Assembly: GCA_963769975.1 (NCBI GenBank)
Contig: CAVYNS010000003.1
Coordinates: 384,434-448,433 of the forward strand
Source: an uncultured Chloroflexia bacterium
GTDB lineage: Bacteria > Chloroflexota > Dehalococcoidia > GIF9 > AB-539-J10
Length of the DNA: 64,000 bases
Direction: 5' to 3'
Shown: piece after piece, positions 1-9,904 of the stretch
Layout of the letters: each line of letters starts with the position of its first letter
Position numbering within the stretch: position 1 is the stretch's first letter
Made by a program: the position numbers and the translations under genes
The notes under the pieces: model-generated
What the model saw: the letters and a program-made list of their open reading frames with translations, nothing else
What the model was told of the DNA's origin: nothing
Database searches by the model: none

Positions 1-295
1 ACCCGCCTCTTTCTTCCACAATCGGTACCACGGCTAAATAAGCATCGGGACAAAGGCGCCTGTTTAACTCCAGCTCCTGACGACAGAAGAAATGGCGTTT
101 CTCCAAAGTGGTGTAATCCAGATAGCCTAGGTTGACCGGCTTTTTAATCTTGTATACATATTCGCCGGTAAGGAAAATAAAGGACATCTGGGTCTGGACC
201 AGCTCTATCCTTGGTGGTTTGTGGGGATAGGCCTGGGGCTTAAGAAGAGCTTCAACTGTAGATGGTAATATTGACACCGTACTTCTCGCGAAATT

Positions 296-1591
296 TCAGG
301 GCCTTTCCCATACGGCTGCCATCCCTTGCCCGCCACCAATACACATGGTCTCCAAGCCACGATGCAGATTTCTACGCACCATATCATAGATAATGGTGAC
401 CGCTATCCTGGCTCCGGTGCAGCCAATAGGATGACCCATAGATATGCCACTACCATGAGGATTAACGTGGTCGAAATCCCAACCCAGCTCTTTCAGGCAA
501 CCTAGTACCTGAGCAGCAAAGGCTTCATTAAGCTCAATAACATCCAAATCTTTATTACCCAGCCCCGTCTTTTTGAGCACCTTCCTTACCGCCGGCACAG
601 GACCTAGTCCCATGTATTTGGGGTCTGTCCCGCCTGAAGCCCAGGCTCTCAGGGTTGCCATAGGTTCGAGCCCCAATTCTCTAGCTTTGTCTCTGGACAT
701 AAGCACTACGGCCGCCGCCGCATCATTAATTCCCGAAGAGTTACCGGCAGTGACCGTTCCATCTTTCCGGAATGCCGGAGGGAGCTTGGCCATTTTCTCC
801 ATAGAAGTGTCCATAGGCCTCTCATCGGTATCAAAAACAATGGGCTCGCCTTTTTTCTGAGGAATAGGAAAAGGAATTATCTCATCCTTAAATAAACCCT
901 CCACTATGGCTTGGCGCGCCCGAATATGGCTAAGACAGCCTATCTCATCCTGCTGTTGGCGAGTGAAGCCATATCTCTTGGCGATTTCCTCTGCGGTATT
1001 TCCCATATGATAGCCGTAGAATATTTCCCACAATCCATCATAGACCATGAGGTCTATAATCTCTCCCCTGGCTCCAACATCCATGCGATAGCCCCAGCGG
1101 GCTTTAGGGAGAAGATAGGGAGTATTGCTCATGCATTCCATGCCTCCAGCAACCACAACATCGGCTTCGCCCAGCATTATAGCCTCTGCTCCCAAAGTGA
1201 TAGCTTTTAAACCGGAGGCGCAGACTTTATTCACTGTAAAGGCGGGGGTTTCTTTAGGAATGCCTGCGTAGATACAGGCCTGGCGAGCTGTGTTCTGTCC
1301 TTGCCCGCCCTGAAGGACATTCCCCATAATTACTTCGTCAACCTGAACAGGATGCAAAGAAGAATCGTAAGCATAGTGCTTTTTCTCCAGCTCTATTATT
1401 CCATCAGACTTGAGTGCATCAGAGCCATAACCGAGTAATTTTTCACCGGACTTCGGCCTTAGTCCAGCTCGCTTAAGCGCCTCTTTGATTACCACGGCAC
1501 CCAGCTCAACAACAGATATATCTTTTAAAGAACCACCAAAAGCGCCAATAGCTGTCCGGGCACCACTGACGACAACTACTTCTTTTTGCAT
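296..1591 (-). CDS. acetyl-CoA C-acetyltransferase (thiolase II)
   Basis: 431 aa; the N-terminus VVVVSGARTAIGAFGGSL and the C-terminal catalytic Cys/His region are typical of biosynthetic thiolases. Confidence 0.85.
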   Translation of the reverse strand: MQKEVVVVSGARTAIGAFGGSLKDISVVELGAVVIKEALKRAGLRPKSGEKLLGYGSDALKSDGIIELEKKHYAYDSSLHPVQVDEVIMGNVLQGGQGQNTARQACIYAGIPKETPAFTVNKVCASGLKAITLGAEAIMLGEADVVVAGGMECMSNTPYLLPKARWGYRMDVGARGEIIDLMVYDGLWEIFYGYHMGNTAEEIAKRYGFTRQQQDEIGCLSHIRARQAIVEGLFKDEIIPFPIPQKKGEPIVFDTDERPMDTSMEKMAKLPPAFRKDGTVTAGNSSGINDAAAAVVLMSRDKARELGLEPMATLRAWASGGTDPKYMGLGPVPAVRKVLKKTGLGNKDLDVIELNEAFAAQVLGCLKELGWDFDHVNPHGSGISMGHPIGCTGARIAVTIIYDMVRRNLHRGLETMCIGGGQGMAAVWERP

Positions 1592-1683
1592 GCTCTAATC
1601 TCCTTTTACCAGAATTTCCTCTCAGATAGTGCAATCCACATATCCGAGCGAAGCCAAATCACAGTTCAGCACTTTAATACAGG

Positions 1684-2118
1684 CTATGAAGGTTTGAATG
1701 CCAAAAAGGTCGTCGAGTTTTCTCCTTCGCCCCTATGTAAGAACTCTACCTTAAGAGGAGTGCCAATTTTTATGGTTTCAGGCTTGTTCCCATCCACTCC
1801 TTCAATGCGAGCGACAACCCTCACCCCCTCCTCCAACTCTACGACTCCAGAAACATAAGGATGTTTCCTATCGTAACCTTCTTTTATCATGAGTGGAGGG
1901 CCTATAGCTATGCAGGTGAAGGCAACAAGCTTACCCTTTCCCTTCATCTCAACCCATCCCATTTCCGAGCCATAGCACTTAATGCAAATGGAGCGGGGAG
2001 GTACAGAAAGGACACCACATTTCTGGCACCTCGACCCCATCAGTTTATCCTCGCTGAGAAATCGCTCATAGGAAATATCATTAAAGGGCCTTACTTCCAT
2101 TGGCTGTGTCTCCTTCAT
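1684..2118 (-). CDS. DUF35-family Zn-ribbon/OB-fold protein (thiolase partner)
   Basis: 144 aa; has a CxxC...CxxC zinc ribbon followed by an OB-fold; sits between two thiolase-family genes and its stop overlaps the next gene. Confidence 0.7.
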   Translation of the reverse strand: MKETQPMEVRPFNDISYERFLSEDKLMGSRCQKCGVLSVPPRSICIKCYGSEMGWVEMKGKGKLVAFTCIAIGPPLMIKEGYDRKHPYVSGVVELEEGVRVVARIEGVDGNKPETIKIGTPLKVEFLHRGEGENSTTFLAFKPS

Positions 2119-3383
2119 TATCTTCTTTCAAGAATGGTAAGCGTACAAGTACCTCCTGTCCCCCCCAGGCTCTGGGTTGCCCCGATTCGCAAATCCTTAA
2201 TGGGAACTTGCCTTTCTCCAGCTTCACCCCTTAATTGTTTCCAAATTTCCACAAGTTGCCCTGTGCCTGTGGCTCCCACAGGATGACCTTTGCATTTAAG
2301 TCCCCCCGAGGTATTGATGGGCTTGGAGCCATCCAATCTTGTCAGGCCCTCCTCTACTGCTTTATATCCTTCCCCGGGCTTGAAAAAACCCAGGTCCTCG
2401 ATGTGAAGGATTTCAGCTATGGAGAAGCAATCATGCACCTCAGCAATTTGAACGTCTTCGGGCTTGAGCCCTGATAGCTCGTAAGCTTCTTGTGCTGCAT
2501 ATCTCGTGGCTTCAAAATAGGTAAGGTCTTCCTTGGCATGCAATCCCTTGCCACTCCCCTGCCCTATACCAACAACATATAGTGGGTTATCGGTGAAGTC
2601 TTTGGCTATTTTCTCGGCTACTAACAAAACACAACTTGCTCCGTCGCTTATGGGGCAGCAATCATAGAGATGCATCGGCCAGGCAACCACAGGATTAGCC
2701 CTGGGATCACGGAGGAATTCCTTCTCGTCCTTCCAGGTAGGTACAGGCTCCCCTTTATTTTTAGCCTTTTCAATTCTCTGATTCATAATATCGCGGATTG
2801 AGACATTAAACTGTGCCTTGGGATTGAGGCGAGCATTATTATGGCTTTTTATGGTGACATTCATTAGATGCTCCCGGCTGGCACCATATCTGGCAAAATA
2901 AGCAGTGGCCATGGCACCAAAAACACCCGGGAAGGTAAATCCCGCTTTTACTTCATAAGGACTAGCCGCCATGGCCAGGCCTTGTGTAACTTCTTCTGTG
3001 CTGCGTTTCGACATCTCCTCGACCCCACCAACTAGAACCACATCATAAAATCCTGAGGCTATAGCAAAAACCCCCTCTCTAAAAGCGAGGGCGCTGGAAG
3101 CGCAGGCACCCTCCGTCCGCGTTGCCGGCTTTGGCGTAAGCCCCAGCAAATCCGAGATTATCGGCCCCCAGTGTCCTTGATGTACAAAAAAATCGTTCGT
3201 GAAATTCCCCAAATAAAGGGCATCAATATCTTTGGGGTCTATCCCTTTATCCACTGTGGAAAGCATTTCACGGAAAGCTTCAGCAAACAAGTACTTTGAG
3301 TCCTTGTCGCTAAACATGCCGAATTTCGACATCCCTGCACCCACCACAGCTACCCCCCTTCCCAATTTTCTTCGCCCTCGCAT
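2118..3383 (-). CDS. thiolase-like protein (SCP-x type / HMG-CoA-synthase-partner thiolase)
   Basis: 421 aa; GVAVVGAGMSKFG N-terminus with active-site Cys and His characteristic of the archaeal-type thiolase / DUF35 complex. Confidence 0.75.
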   Translation of the reverse strand: MRGRRKLGRGVAVVGAGMSKFGMFSDKDSKYLFAEAFREMLSTVDKGIDPKDIDALYLGNFTNDFFVHQGHWGPIISDLLGLTPKPATRTEGACASSALAFREGVFAIASGFYDVVLVGGVEEMSKRSTEEVTQGLAMAASPYEVKAGFTFPGVFGAMATAYFARYGASREHLMNVTIKSHNNARLNPKAQFNVSIRDIMNQRIEKAKNKGEPVPTWKDEKEFLRDPRANPVVAWPMHLYDCCPISDGASCVLLVAEKIAKDFTDNPLYVVGIGQGSGKGLHAKEDLTYFEATRYAAQEAYELSGLKPEDVQIAEVHDCFSIAEILHIEDLGFFKPGEGYKAVEEGLTRLDGSKPINTSGGLKCKGHPVGATGTGQLVEIWKQLRGEAGERQVPIKDLRIGATQSLGGTGGTCTLTILERR

Positions 3384-3444
3384 TTCACCTCCTGAGTAGG
3401 ATGCTATTTATAATCTCCCTACTATATCAAATTCCTGGGCTACA

Positions 3445-3960
3445 TTAAAGAATTATCTTGGGGCGGCATTTACTACAAAAATGCGCCTCCTTAAAGTCGG
3501 TATCAGCCAGGCTATTGGAAAAGTGCATGACACATTTGTTATTGGGGCAATGCCCCAGGCCAAAAGTATGCCCCAATTCATGGACTATCTCCTTGGTGGC
3601 TCTTTTCAAAAATAAAGCCTCGTCCGAGACCAAGCCATAATATTCCTGTCTTAGCCTGCACAGGGATACGATGGCTGTTCCGGAGATGACATCGGCTTCG
3701 CCAAATACGAAGTTAAGCCTGGGAACATAAAGGTCAACATCAGCTATACCTACAACCCTTTCCTCTCCTTCCGACTTTCCAAGAGAGGCCAGCAATTTTG
3801 AGGAAAGGTATTGCTTCCTCTCTGGATTATAAGCCTGGGCCAAATCGCTAAAGCCTGCTTTTATTTCTACTGGACAATGGAAAATACCGCCAACACTATC
3901 CTTAAGCTTCTCTATTATCTCGTCAGCTACATTACCTAACGGTTTAAGCGTGATTTTCAC
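3445..3960 (-). CDS. amzA: archaemetzincin-family zinc metallopeptidase
   Basis: 171 aa; HELGHTFGLGHC motif followed by CxxC...CxxC, the archaemetzincin signature. Confidence 0.8.
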   Translation of the reverse strand: MKITLKPLGNVADEIIEKLKDSVGGIFHCPVEIKAGFSDLAQAYNPERKQYLSSKLLASLGKSEGEERVVGIADVDLYVPRLNFVFGEADVISGTAIVSLCRLRQEYYGLVSDEALFLKRATKEIVHELGHTFGLGHCPNNKCVMHFSNSLADTDFKEAHFCSKCRPKIIL

Positions 3961-4070
3961 TTAAATTTTTGCTTGCTCTCTTCTCTCAAATAATATTTTA
4001 AGATTTTAGCACAGACTGAGCAGCACATGATGCGTAAGTAGTATAATTGCTGGATTAATGAGGCGAGGAA

Positions 4071-5393
4071 ATGAACTACAGCCAAGCGGAAGAGTATCTC
4101 AATAGTTTTACTAATTATGAGCTGATTCCGGGCATAACTTATGCCCAGCCTGGTTACAGCTTAAGGCATGTGGAAGAGTTGCTAAACCGTATGGGCAACC
4201 CTCAGTTGGCAGCCAAGACGATTCATATCGCCGGCACCAAGGGGAAAGGGAGTGTGGCGGCTATGATTGCTCAGGTTTTGAGTAGTTCAGGATATAAAAC
4301 AGGACGGTATACCTCCCCCCATCTTCATAATCTAAGGGAGCGTATTAGCATAGATAGCAACTTGATTTCTGAAGCTGATTTTGCTGCGGCTATGGCAGAA
4401 GTCAAGCTTTTTATCGAATCCATAAAGCAAGACGCAACTTTTAGGCAATTGACTTATTTCGAGGCATTGACTGCGCTGGCATTCGCTTATTTCCAGAAAA
4501 AGCGGGTGGACTTTCAAGTACTGGAGGTCGGTTTAGGAGGCAGGCTCGATGCCACTAATGTTGTGGCTAATCCTGCGGTCTGTATTATCACTTCTATCAG
4601 CCTGGACCATACTCAGATTCTGGGTAATAGCCTGGAGGAAATAGCCCGGGAAAAAGCAGGCATTATCAAGTCCGGCTGTTGGGTGGTAATTTCTCCCCAG
4701 TCAGAAGAGGCAGCTTCGGTAATCACCGATATTTGTCGGGAGAAAAAAGCGAAGGTGGTTCAGGTAGGCAAGGATGTCACCTGGCATAAGATAGGCGGTG
4801 ACCTTCATCAGCAATCGCTAGAGATCGAGGGTAGAACAAATAAATATCAAGTTAGCATTCCTCTTTTAGGCGACTTCCAGCTTGAGAATGCCGCCACTGC
4901 CGTAGCTGCTTTAGAGATTTTGGCTTCTCAGGGCTTTGCCATCTCAACCGCCGATATTACTCAAGGGCTTGCCCGAGTTAAGTGGCCGGGGCGATTTCAA
5001 ATTTTGCAGCAACACCCTACGGTGTTGGTTGATGGTGCTCATAACGTGGCGTCAATGAAAAAGTTGGTGAGTAATATCAAAGCATACTTCGCTCACAAAC
5101 GGATTTTTCTTGTTTTTGGGACATCCTGTGACAAAGACATACCAGGGATAATAAATGAGCTAGTTCCCCTCTCCCCCCAAGTTATAGTCACGCAGGCATC
5201 CCACTCCCGTGCCGCCCCTCTTTCAACTCTGGTTGCCGAGTTCGCCAAACAAGGCATTGAGTCTAAAACCGGAGAAACTGTAACCAAAGCTATATCCCGA
5301 GCTTTGTCTCTGGCAGGCAGGACAGATATTATCTGCGTTACCGGCTCTCTGTTTGTCGTGGCGGAAGCGTTAGATTATTTCTCAGGGGGCTGA
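4071..5393 (+). CDS. folC: folylpolyglutamate synthase / dihydrofolate synthase
   Basis: 440 aa; Mur-ligase P-loop GTKGKGS and the DGAHN motif. Confidence 0.85.
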   Translation: MNYSQAEEYLNSFTNYELIPGITYAQPGYSLRHVEELLNRMGNPQLAAKTIHIAGTKGKGSVAAMIAQVLSSSGYKTGRYTSPHLHNLRERISIDSNLISEADFAAAMAEVKLFIESIKQDATFRQLTYFEALTALAFAYFQKKRVDFQVLEVGLGGRLDATNVVANPAVCIITSISLDHTQILGNSLEEIAREKAGIIKSGCWVVISPQSEEAASVITDICREKKAKVVQVGKDVTWHKIGGDLHQQSLEIEGRTNKYQVSIPLLGDFQLENAATAVAALEILASQGFAISTADITQGLARVKWPGRFQILQQHPTVLVDGAHNVASMKKLVSNIKAYFAHKRIFLVFGTSCDKDIPGIINELVPLSPQVIVTQASHSRAAPLSTLVAEFAKQGIESKTGETVTKAISRALSLAGRTDIICVTGSLFVVAEALDYFSGG

Positions 5394-5650
5394 GTTTCCA
5401 TAGGAGAGACCATGGCTTCCTTGGGTAACATCTTGCCTAGAATTTGCTGGAGCGCCATGATATGGCTACATATCTTCCATTGGGAAAAGAAATGGCAGGT
5501 ACAATGCCATTTTCCATGGGCATAGCTTAGCTTATGGTCATCATTCTCCCCACGGAAAACAGCGGTTAAACCTGAGAAAGTGACACGATCCGGTTCTTGA
5601 GCATACCTTTTGGCTTTTTCAATCTTCCCGATAAGGCTGGACCGCATCAT
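5375..5650 (-). CDS. SWIM zinc-finger domain protein
   Basis: 91 aa; CxC...CxH spacing (CTCHFFSQWKICSHIMAL); overlaps the folC 3' end by 19 nt. Confidence 0.5.
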   Translation of the reverse strand: MMRSSLIGKIEKAKRYAQEPDRVTFSGLTAVFRGENDDHKLSYAHGKWHCTCHFFSQWKICSHIMALQQILGKMLPKEAMVSPMETQPPEK

Positions 5651-5707
5651 ACTCTCTTATTTTAAGTATACAACAGGGCACAGGAAAAATCCAGCATCCG
5701 TAACCAG

Positions 5708-6277
5708 ATGCAATTATGCTATCATAATAGTTGGTTTGGAAATGATGTAATGGTCGTTCAGCCGCAACTCAAGATTCTTATCAGCCGTGACGAGATAGCT
5801 AAAGCTGTAGCGAAGCTGGCTCGTGAAATCAAGAGGGATTATCAAGGTAAGCAGCCTCTGCTTATTAGCGTCCTGAAAGGGTCCTTTGTGTTTATGGCTG
5901 ACCTTATTCGCCAGCTTGATTTGCCTCTAGAGCTCGATTTTATTAGGCTCTCCAGCTACGGCGCTGCCAGGGAGAGTTCAGGCAAAGTGAAAGTAGTTCA
6001 AGGAATCAAGACGCCTATAAGAGGCCGAGATGTTCTGGTGGTCGAGGATATCGTGGATACTGGAATTACCATCTCTTTCTTACTCGATTACTTGCAGAAA
6101 AAGAACCCAGCTTCGCTTAAGCTCTGCGTTTTAACAGACAAGCCGTCTCGGCGCAGGGTTTCGGTACCCATTCATTATCTGGGCTTCACCGTGCCCGATA
6201 AATTCATCGCGGGATATGGACTGGACTTCGACGAGAAATTCCGCAATTTGCCCGATATATATACCCTAGAGGATTAG
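5708..6277 (+). CDS. hpt: hypoxanthine phosphoribosyltransferase (an alternative start at 5747 is plausible)
   Basis: PRPP-binding motif VLVVEDIVDTGIT; length and layout match a type I PRTase. Confidence 0.85.
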   Translation: MQLCYHNSWFGNDVMVVQPQLKILISRDEIAKAVAKLAREIKRDYQGKQPLLISVLKGSFVFMADLIRQLDLPLELDFIRLSSYGAARESSGKVKVVQGIKTPIRGRDVLVVEDIVDTGITISFLLDYLQKKNPASLKLCVLTDKPSRRRVSVPIHYLGFTVPDKFIAGYGLDFDEKFRNLPDIYTLED

Positions 6278-6280
6278 GAG

Positions 6281-7993
6281 ATGAATTTAAAGAAGCTTAT
6301 CTCTGTGGCTAGAGGGGAAACACCGGCTGATTTGCTCCTGAAAAATTGCCGGATAGTAAATACTTTTATCGGAGAAATAGAGCAAGGCAACGTAGCCATC
6401 TATGACGATAGGATTGCCGGCGTAGGGGATTATGATAATGCCAAGGAAATTATAGATTTACAAGGCCGGTTTTTAGCTCCCGGGCTGATTAACGGGCATA
6501 CGCATATAGAAAGCTCTATGCTTCACCCGGCAAGGTATGCTCAAGCCGTGGTCACCAGAGGCACTCTGGCTGTGGTTACTGACTTACACGAAATCGCCAA
6601 CGTTTGTGGACCTGCAGGCATAAAATTTGTCATGGATTGGGCACGAAAGCTCCCACTGGATATGTTGTTCATGGCTCCGTCATGCGTGCCAGCAACCCAT
6701 CTGGAGACATCAGGTGCTCAAATCAGTTCCAAAGAAGTAAAGAAAATTCTAGCCTCCCCCAATGTAATTGGTCTGGGAGAGATGATGAACTTTCCCGGCG
6801 TAGTCAGCGGGGATGAAGAGGTTTTGCAGAAGATCGGTGCCTCTCAGGGCAGAGTTATTGATGGACACGCTCCGGGACTCAGTGGTAAAGAACTGAATGC
6901 TTACTTGTCCGCTGGCATTCTTTCCGACCATGAATCCACTACCCTGGAGGGAGGAAAGGAGAAGTTGCGCCGGGGCATGTACCTCATGATTCGAGAAGGC
7001 TCTTCAGAAAAGAACTTGGATGCCCTTCTGCTTCTGGTTACCGACAATACTTATAAAAGATGCTTCTTCGTGGTGGATGACCGTAGTTGCTCGGATTTAC
7101 TTCGGGAAGGCGATATTGACGCTGTGGTCCGAAAGGCTATCAACCAAGGTCTGGAGCCAGTTCGGGCAATTCAAATGGCAACGATTAATACTGCCGAGTA
7201 TTTCAGACTCCATGACAGAGGAGCCATTGGTCCGGGTTATATGGCCAATCTCATAACCATCACCAACCTGGCTAAACTAGAGATAGACATGGTGTTTTAC
7301 CAGGGAAAGCTAGTAGCAAGTCAAGGCAAGCTCTTGTCCTCCTTGCCTCCTGTTACTCTGGAGCTAAAAGACACGGTACGCATCAAGCCCATTATGGTGA
7401 AATCGTTGTCATTGCGAGCGAAGCAAAGCAATCTCAGTGAGGAAAGCTACCCGGTTATCGAAATCATCCCCGGACAGATAGTCACCAAAAAGACAATAGA
7501 AGAGATAAAAGTTGTGAATGGGACACTTATGCCCGATGTGGAAAGAGATATTCTAAAGCTGGTGGTGGTGGAAAGACACAAGGCTAGCGGCAATATCGGC
7601 TTGGGACTGGTCAAGGGATTTGGCTTGAAAAAAGGAGCATTAGCCTCATCAGTGGCTCACGACTCTCACAACATAATAGCGGTGGGCACCAATGACCTCG
7701 AAATCCTCAAGGCAATTGAGGAAATTAATAGGCTGCAAGGCGGGCTGGTTGTTTGCGCCGACCTGGAAATTCTCGCTTCTTTACCGTTGCCTATCGCCGG
7801 CCTCCTTTCACCGGAGCCGCTCGATGTGGTCGTATCCCAGTATGAAATTGTTGAGAGGGCTGCTGCCAGCCTGGGCAACTTACCTCCAGCTCCATTTTCT
7901 ATCTTATCTTTCCTGGCTCTGCCTGTGATTCCCGAGCTCAGGTTGACCGACTTAGGCTTAGTGGACGTGGTAGAGTTTAAGTTGCTCAAGTAG
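6281..7993 (+). CDS. ade: adenine deaminase
   Basis: 570 aa amidohydrolase with the HTHIES metal-binding motif and adenine-deaminase C-terminal domain; contains an in-frame copy of a palindromic-repeat arm at 7406-7433. Confidence 0.85.
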   Translation: MNLKKLISVARGETPADLLLKNCRIVNTFIGEIEQGNVAIYDDRIAGVGDYDNAKEIIDLQGRFLAPGLINGHTHIESSMLHPARYAQAVVTRGTLAVVTDLHEIANVCGPAGIKFVMDWARKLPLDMLFMAPSCVPATHLETSGAQISSKEVKKILASPNVIGLGEMMNFPGVVSGDEEVLQKIGASQGRVIDGHAPGLSGKELNAYLSAGILSDHESTTLEGGKEKLRRGMYLMIREGSSEKNLDALLLLVTDNTYKRCFFVVDDRSCSDLLREGDIDAVVRKAINQGLEPVRAIQMATINTAEYFRLHDRGAIGPGYMANLITITNLAKLEIDMVFYQGKLVASQGKLLSSLPPVTLELKDTVRIKPIMVKSLSLRAKQSNLSEESYPVIEIIPGQIVTKKTIEEIKVVNGTLMPDVERDILKLVVVERHKASGNIGLGLVKGFGLKKGALASSVAHDSHNIIAVGTNDLEILKAIEEINRLQGGLVVCADLEILASLPLPIAGLLSPEPLDVVVSQYEIVERAAASLGNLPPAPFSILSFLALPVIPELRLTDLGLVDVVEFKLLK

Positions 7994-8076
7994 AATTAAG
8001 TCTGAGTTCTCAAAGCCCGAGATCAGTGACAGTTGAAAGCCGCCCGCTGGATTGACTGGTTATACAATCATTGATC

Positions 8077-8445
8077 TTATACCCATTCAACCTTCTCAAT
8101 TGTAATCTCATTTCGAACGTTACCCGTATTGGGCACACCCTCTGGTTCAATAAGGATAGCTTTGTATCCATTCTCAGAAGAAGGCTTATGCTCGACTCCT
8201 TTCGGGATAACAATCATCTCCCCAGCGCCTACTTCCACATTGCAATCACGAAAGTTCATAACAAGTGTGCCCTCCATGATAATGAATGTTTCATCTGTTT
8301 CAGGATGGCTGTGCCAAATGAAGTCACCTTTGAATTTTACGATTTTGAAGTCGTAGTTGTTCATCTTAGCCACCAAACGCACTGCGTAGTCACCGGCTGG
8401 CAACTTTCCGAACTTATCCGAAAGGTTGATTTTTTCCACGGTCAT
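8077..8445 (-). CDS. cupin-domain protein
   Basis: 122 aa; His-containing cupin motifs (HSHPETDETF...GEM). Confidence 0.6.
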   Translation of the reverse strand: MTVEKINLSDKFGKLPAGDYAVRLVAKMNNYDFKIVKFKGDFIWHSHPETDETFIIMEGTLVMNFRDCNVEVGAGEMIVIPKGVEHKPSSENGYKAILIEPEGVPNTGNVRNEITIEKVEWV

Positions 8446-8801
8446 TATTCATCCTCCTTTTCTCTTATAGCCCGTTTTCCGCCAAAAGCATGAATAGTTC
8501 TTGTTCCCGGAAGACTTACCCCACCATGCAGCGTACCCTTGGGAATGAAATATTCTTCACCCACCTCTACAGGAATCCGCTTACCACCTATTGTTACATC
8601 ATATTGCCCTTGTACCACAACAAAATACTCGTCATATTCATGAGTGTGTTCGGCTGATATCCCTCCCTTTCGATTTGTCCATATCGCTATTTGGCTTCCG
8701 TCTATTCCATCAAATACATAACCTTCAATCCCCTGAGTATATTGACTCTGGGAAGCAATCCGATTTGATGGATTTCTCATAAATTCTGGGAAATTGTTCA
8801 T
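8445..8801 (-). CDS. cupin-domain protein
   Basis: 118 aa; cupin motifs (HTHEYDEYF...GTLHG); overlaps the previous gene by 1 nt. Confidence 0.6.
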   Translation of the reverse strand: MNNFPEFMRNPSNRIASQSQYTQGIEGYVFDGIDGSQIAIWTNRKGGISAEHTHEYDEYFVVVQGQYDVTIGGKRIPVEVGEEYFIPKGTLHGGVSLPGTRTIHAFGGKRAIREKEDE

Positions 8802-8820
8802 TACCTTCTCCTTTGCGCAG

Positions 8821-8867
8821 CAAAGATTATGTCACCTTCCCATCTACATCAAGCGATATGTATGGTG
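8821..8867 (-). promoter_or_regulatory. promoter-like repeat module, copy 1 (upstream of the cupin gene)
   Basis: Conserved 47-nt module; on the coding (minus) strand it reads TTGATG-N15-(TGa)CATAAT about 25 nt before the start codon. Confidence 0.4.
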
Positions 8868-8869
8868 AA

Positions 8870-9736
8870 TCAGTTTTCTTTCTTATCCGACCGACGTTCC
8901 TCTAAAAGCACCCAGTCAAGCTTTGCAGCTTCAGGATTGTCTTCTAATTCGTCCAAGGCAATTATCTTTGTTTGCAGTAATAATTTAAAATAGCCTTGAA
9001 GATACTTATCTTGGCACTCTGCTGCCCATTGTTGCCATGAACTTTTGATGGTTTCTTCTACAAGCTCTTTCTCTGACTTTTCCGATACCAAGATCTTGGG
9101 GAGGTAGCGGGCTTCTTTCTTAATCTCATGGTTGTAAACAGCAGGGAGGAGAAGTGGAACTCCATCTTTAGGAGTATCACCTAGTTTAGCATCATGGTAA
9201 ATATTAACTCGACAACGCCATTCTCTCTCATGAGTCCAATCTACTACATATCCATCTACGTTTGGTATTGGTTCATATCTAACCCATAAATATTGGTAAT
9301 CCTTTGCTAAGCCATTTTTGTAAATTTCTTTGCCTTCCTCATATCCAGGTTCATTAGGGCTAAGCAGTTCTCCGAGGATGTCTCCTGAATCATAGATTAC
9401 CGACCTACCGCCATATCGATAAAGAGCTCTTTTGTAAAGAGCTATGCCATAAGGGCTATATCGGTTTGGCAAAATTTTGCAGCTTTTCATAAAGTTTTCA
9501 AAAGTCTGCTCAGTGAATGATACGGCTGGATAGGGTCCTCTAACTGTAGGACGTTTAGGTCCACCATAAAAAGACGGCCTAGGGGCAAAACTTGGTTTTA
9601 AGTACCCACATTTAATTATATTTAGTAAAGTTGTAAGGGGTTCAATATATCCCCCCTCGTACCTGCGCCTAATCCAGTGAATCACATAATCTGTAATGTC
9701 GGTCCTTTCTTTCCTAATTCTTTCCCAGTCTTTCAT
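8870..9736 (-). CDS. hypothetical protein, 288 aa, partner of the OLD nuclease
   Basis: Long ORF with no recognisable motif; immediately downstream of the OLD-family gene on the same strand and carrying its own promoter-like repeat. Confidence 0.55.
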   Translation of the reverse strand: MKDWERIRKERTDITDYVIHWIRRRYEGGYIEPLTTLLNIIKCGYLKPSFAPRPSFYGGPKRPTVRGPYPAVSFTEQTFENFMKSCKILPNRYSPYGIALYKRALYRYGGRSVIYDSGDILGELLSPNEPGYEEGKEIYKNGLAKDYQYLWVRYEPIPNVDGYVVDWTHEREWRCRVNIYHDAKLGDTPKDGVPLLLPAVYNHEIKKEARYLPKILVSEKSEKELVEETIKSSWQQWAAECQDKYLQGYFKLLLQTKIIALDELEDNPEAAKLDWVLLEERRSDKKEN

Positions 9737-9816
9737 AGTTAAGAAAGTTTTACTTCTCCCCTATTGCATACGATGGTTGCTTTTTCAAAGGGCTCACTGC
9801 CGGGAATTTCGGGGGG

Positions 9817-9890
9817 CACCATGCTTAATTCCAAAGATTATGTCGCCCCCCCATCTACATCAAGAGATATGCATGGTGTCCCTTTAATTG
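9817..9890 (-). promoter_or_regulatory. promoter-like repeat module, copy 2 (upstream of the 288-aa gene)
   Basis: Same module as 8821-8867, plus flanks (gcTTAATTcc ... TTAATTg) that are shared only with copy 3. Confidence 0.4.
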
Positions 9891-9904
9891 GGTGACCTTG
9901 CGCC

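Noticed and set aside
573-1210. Plus-strand ORFs (95 and 99 aa) inside the thiolase gene. Similar antisense ORFs occur within glyQS, clpB, der, the TPR gene, the FtsX permease and hsdM
   Set aside because: They sit entirely within, and antisense to, long well-supported genes. They have low-complexity composition and no independent signals.
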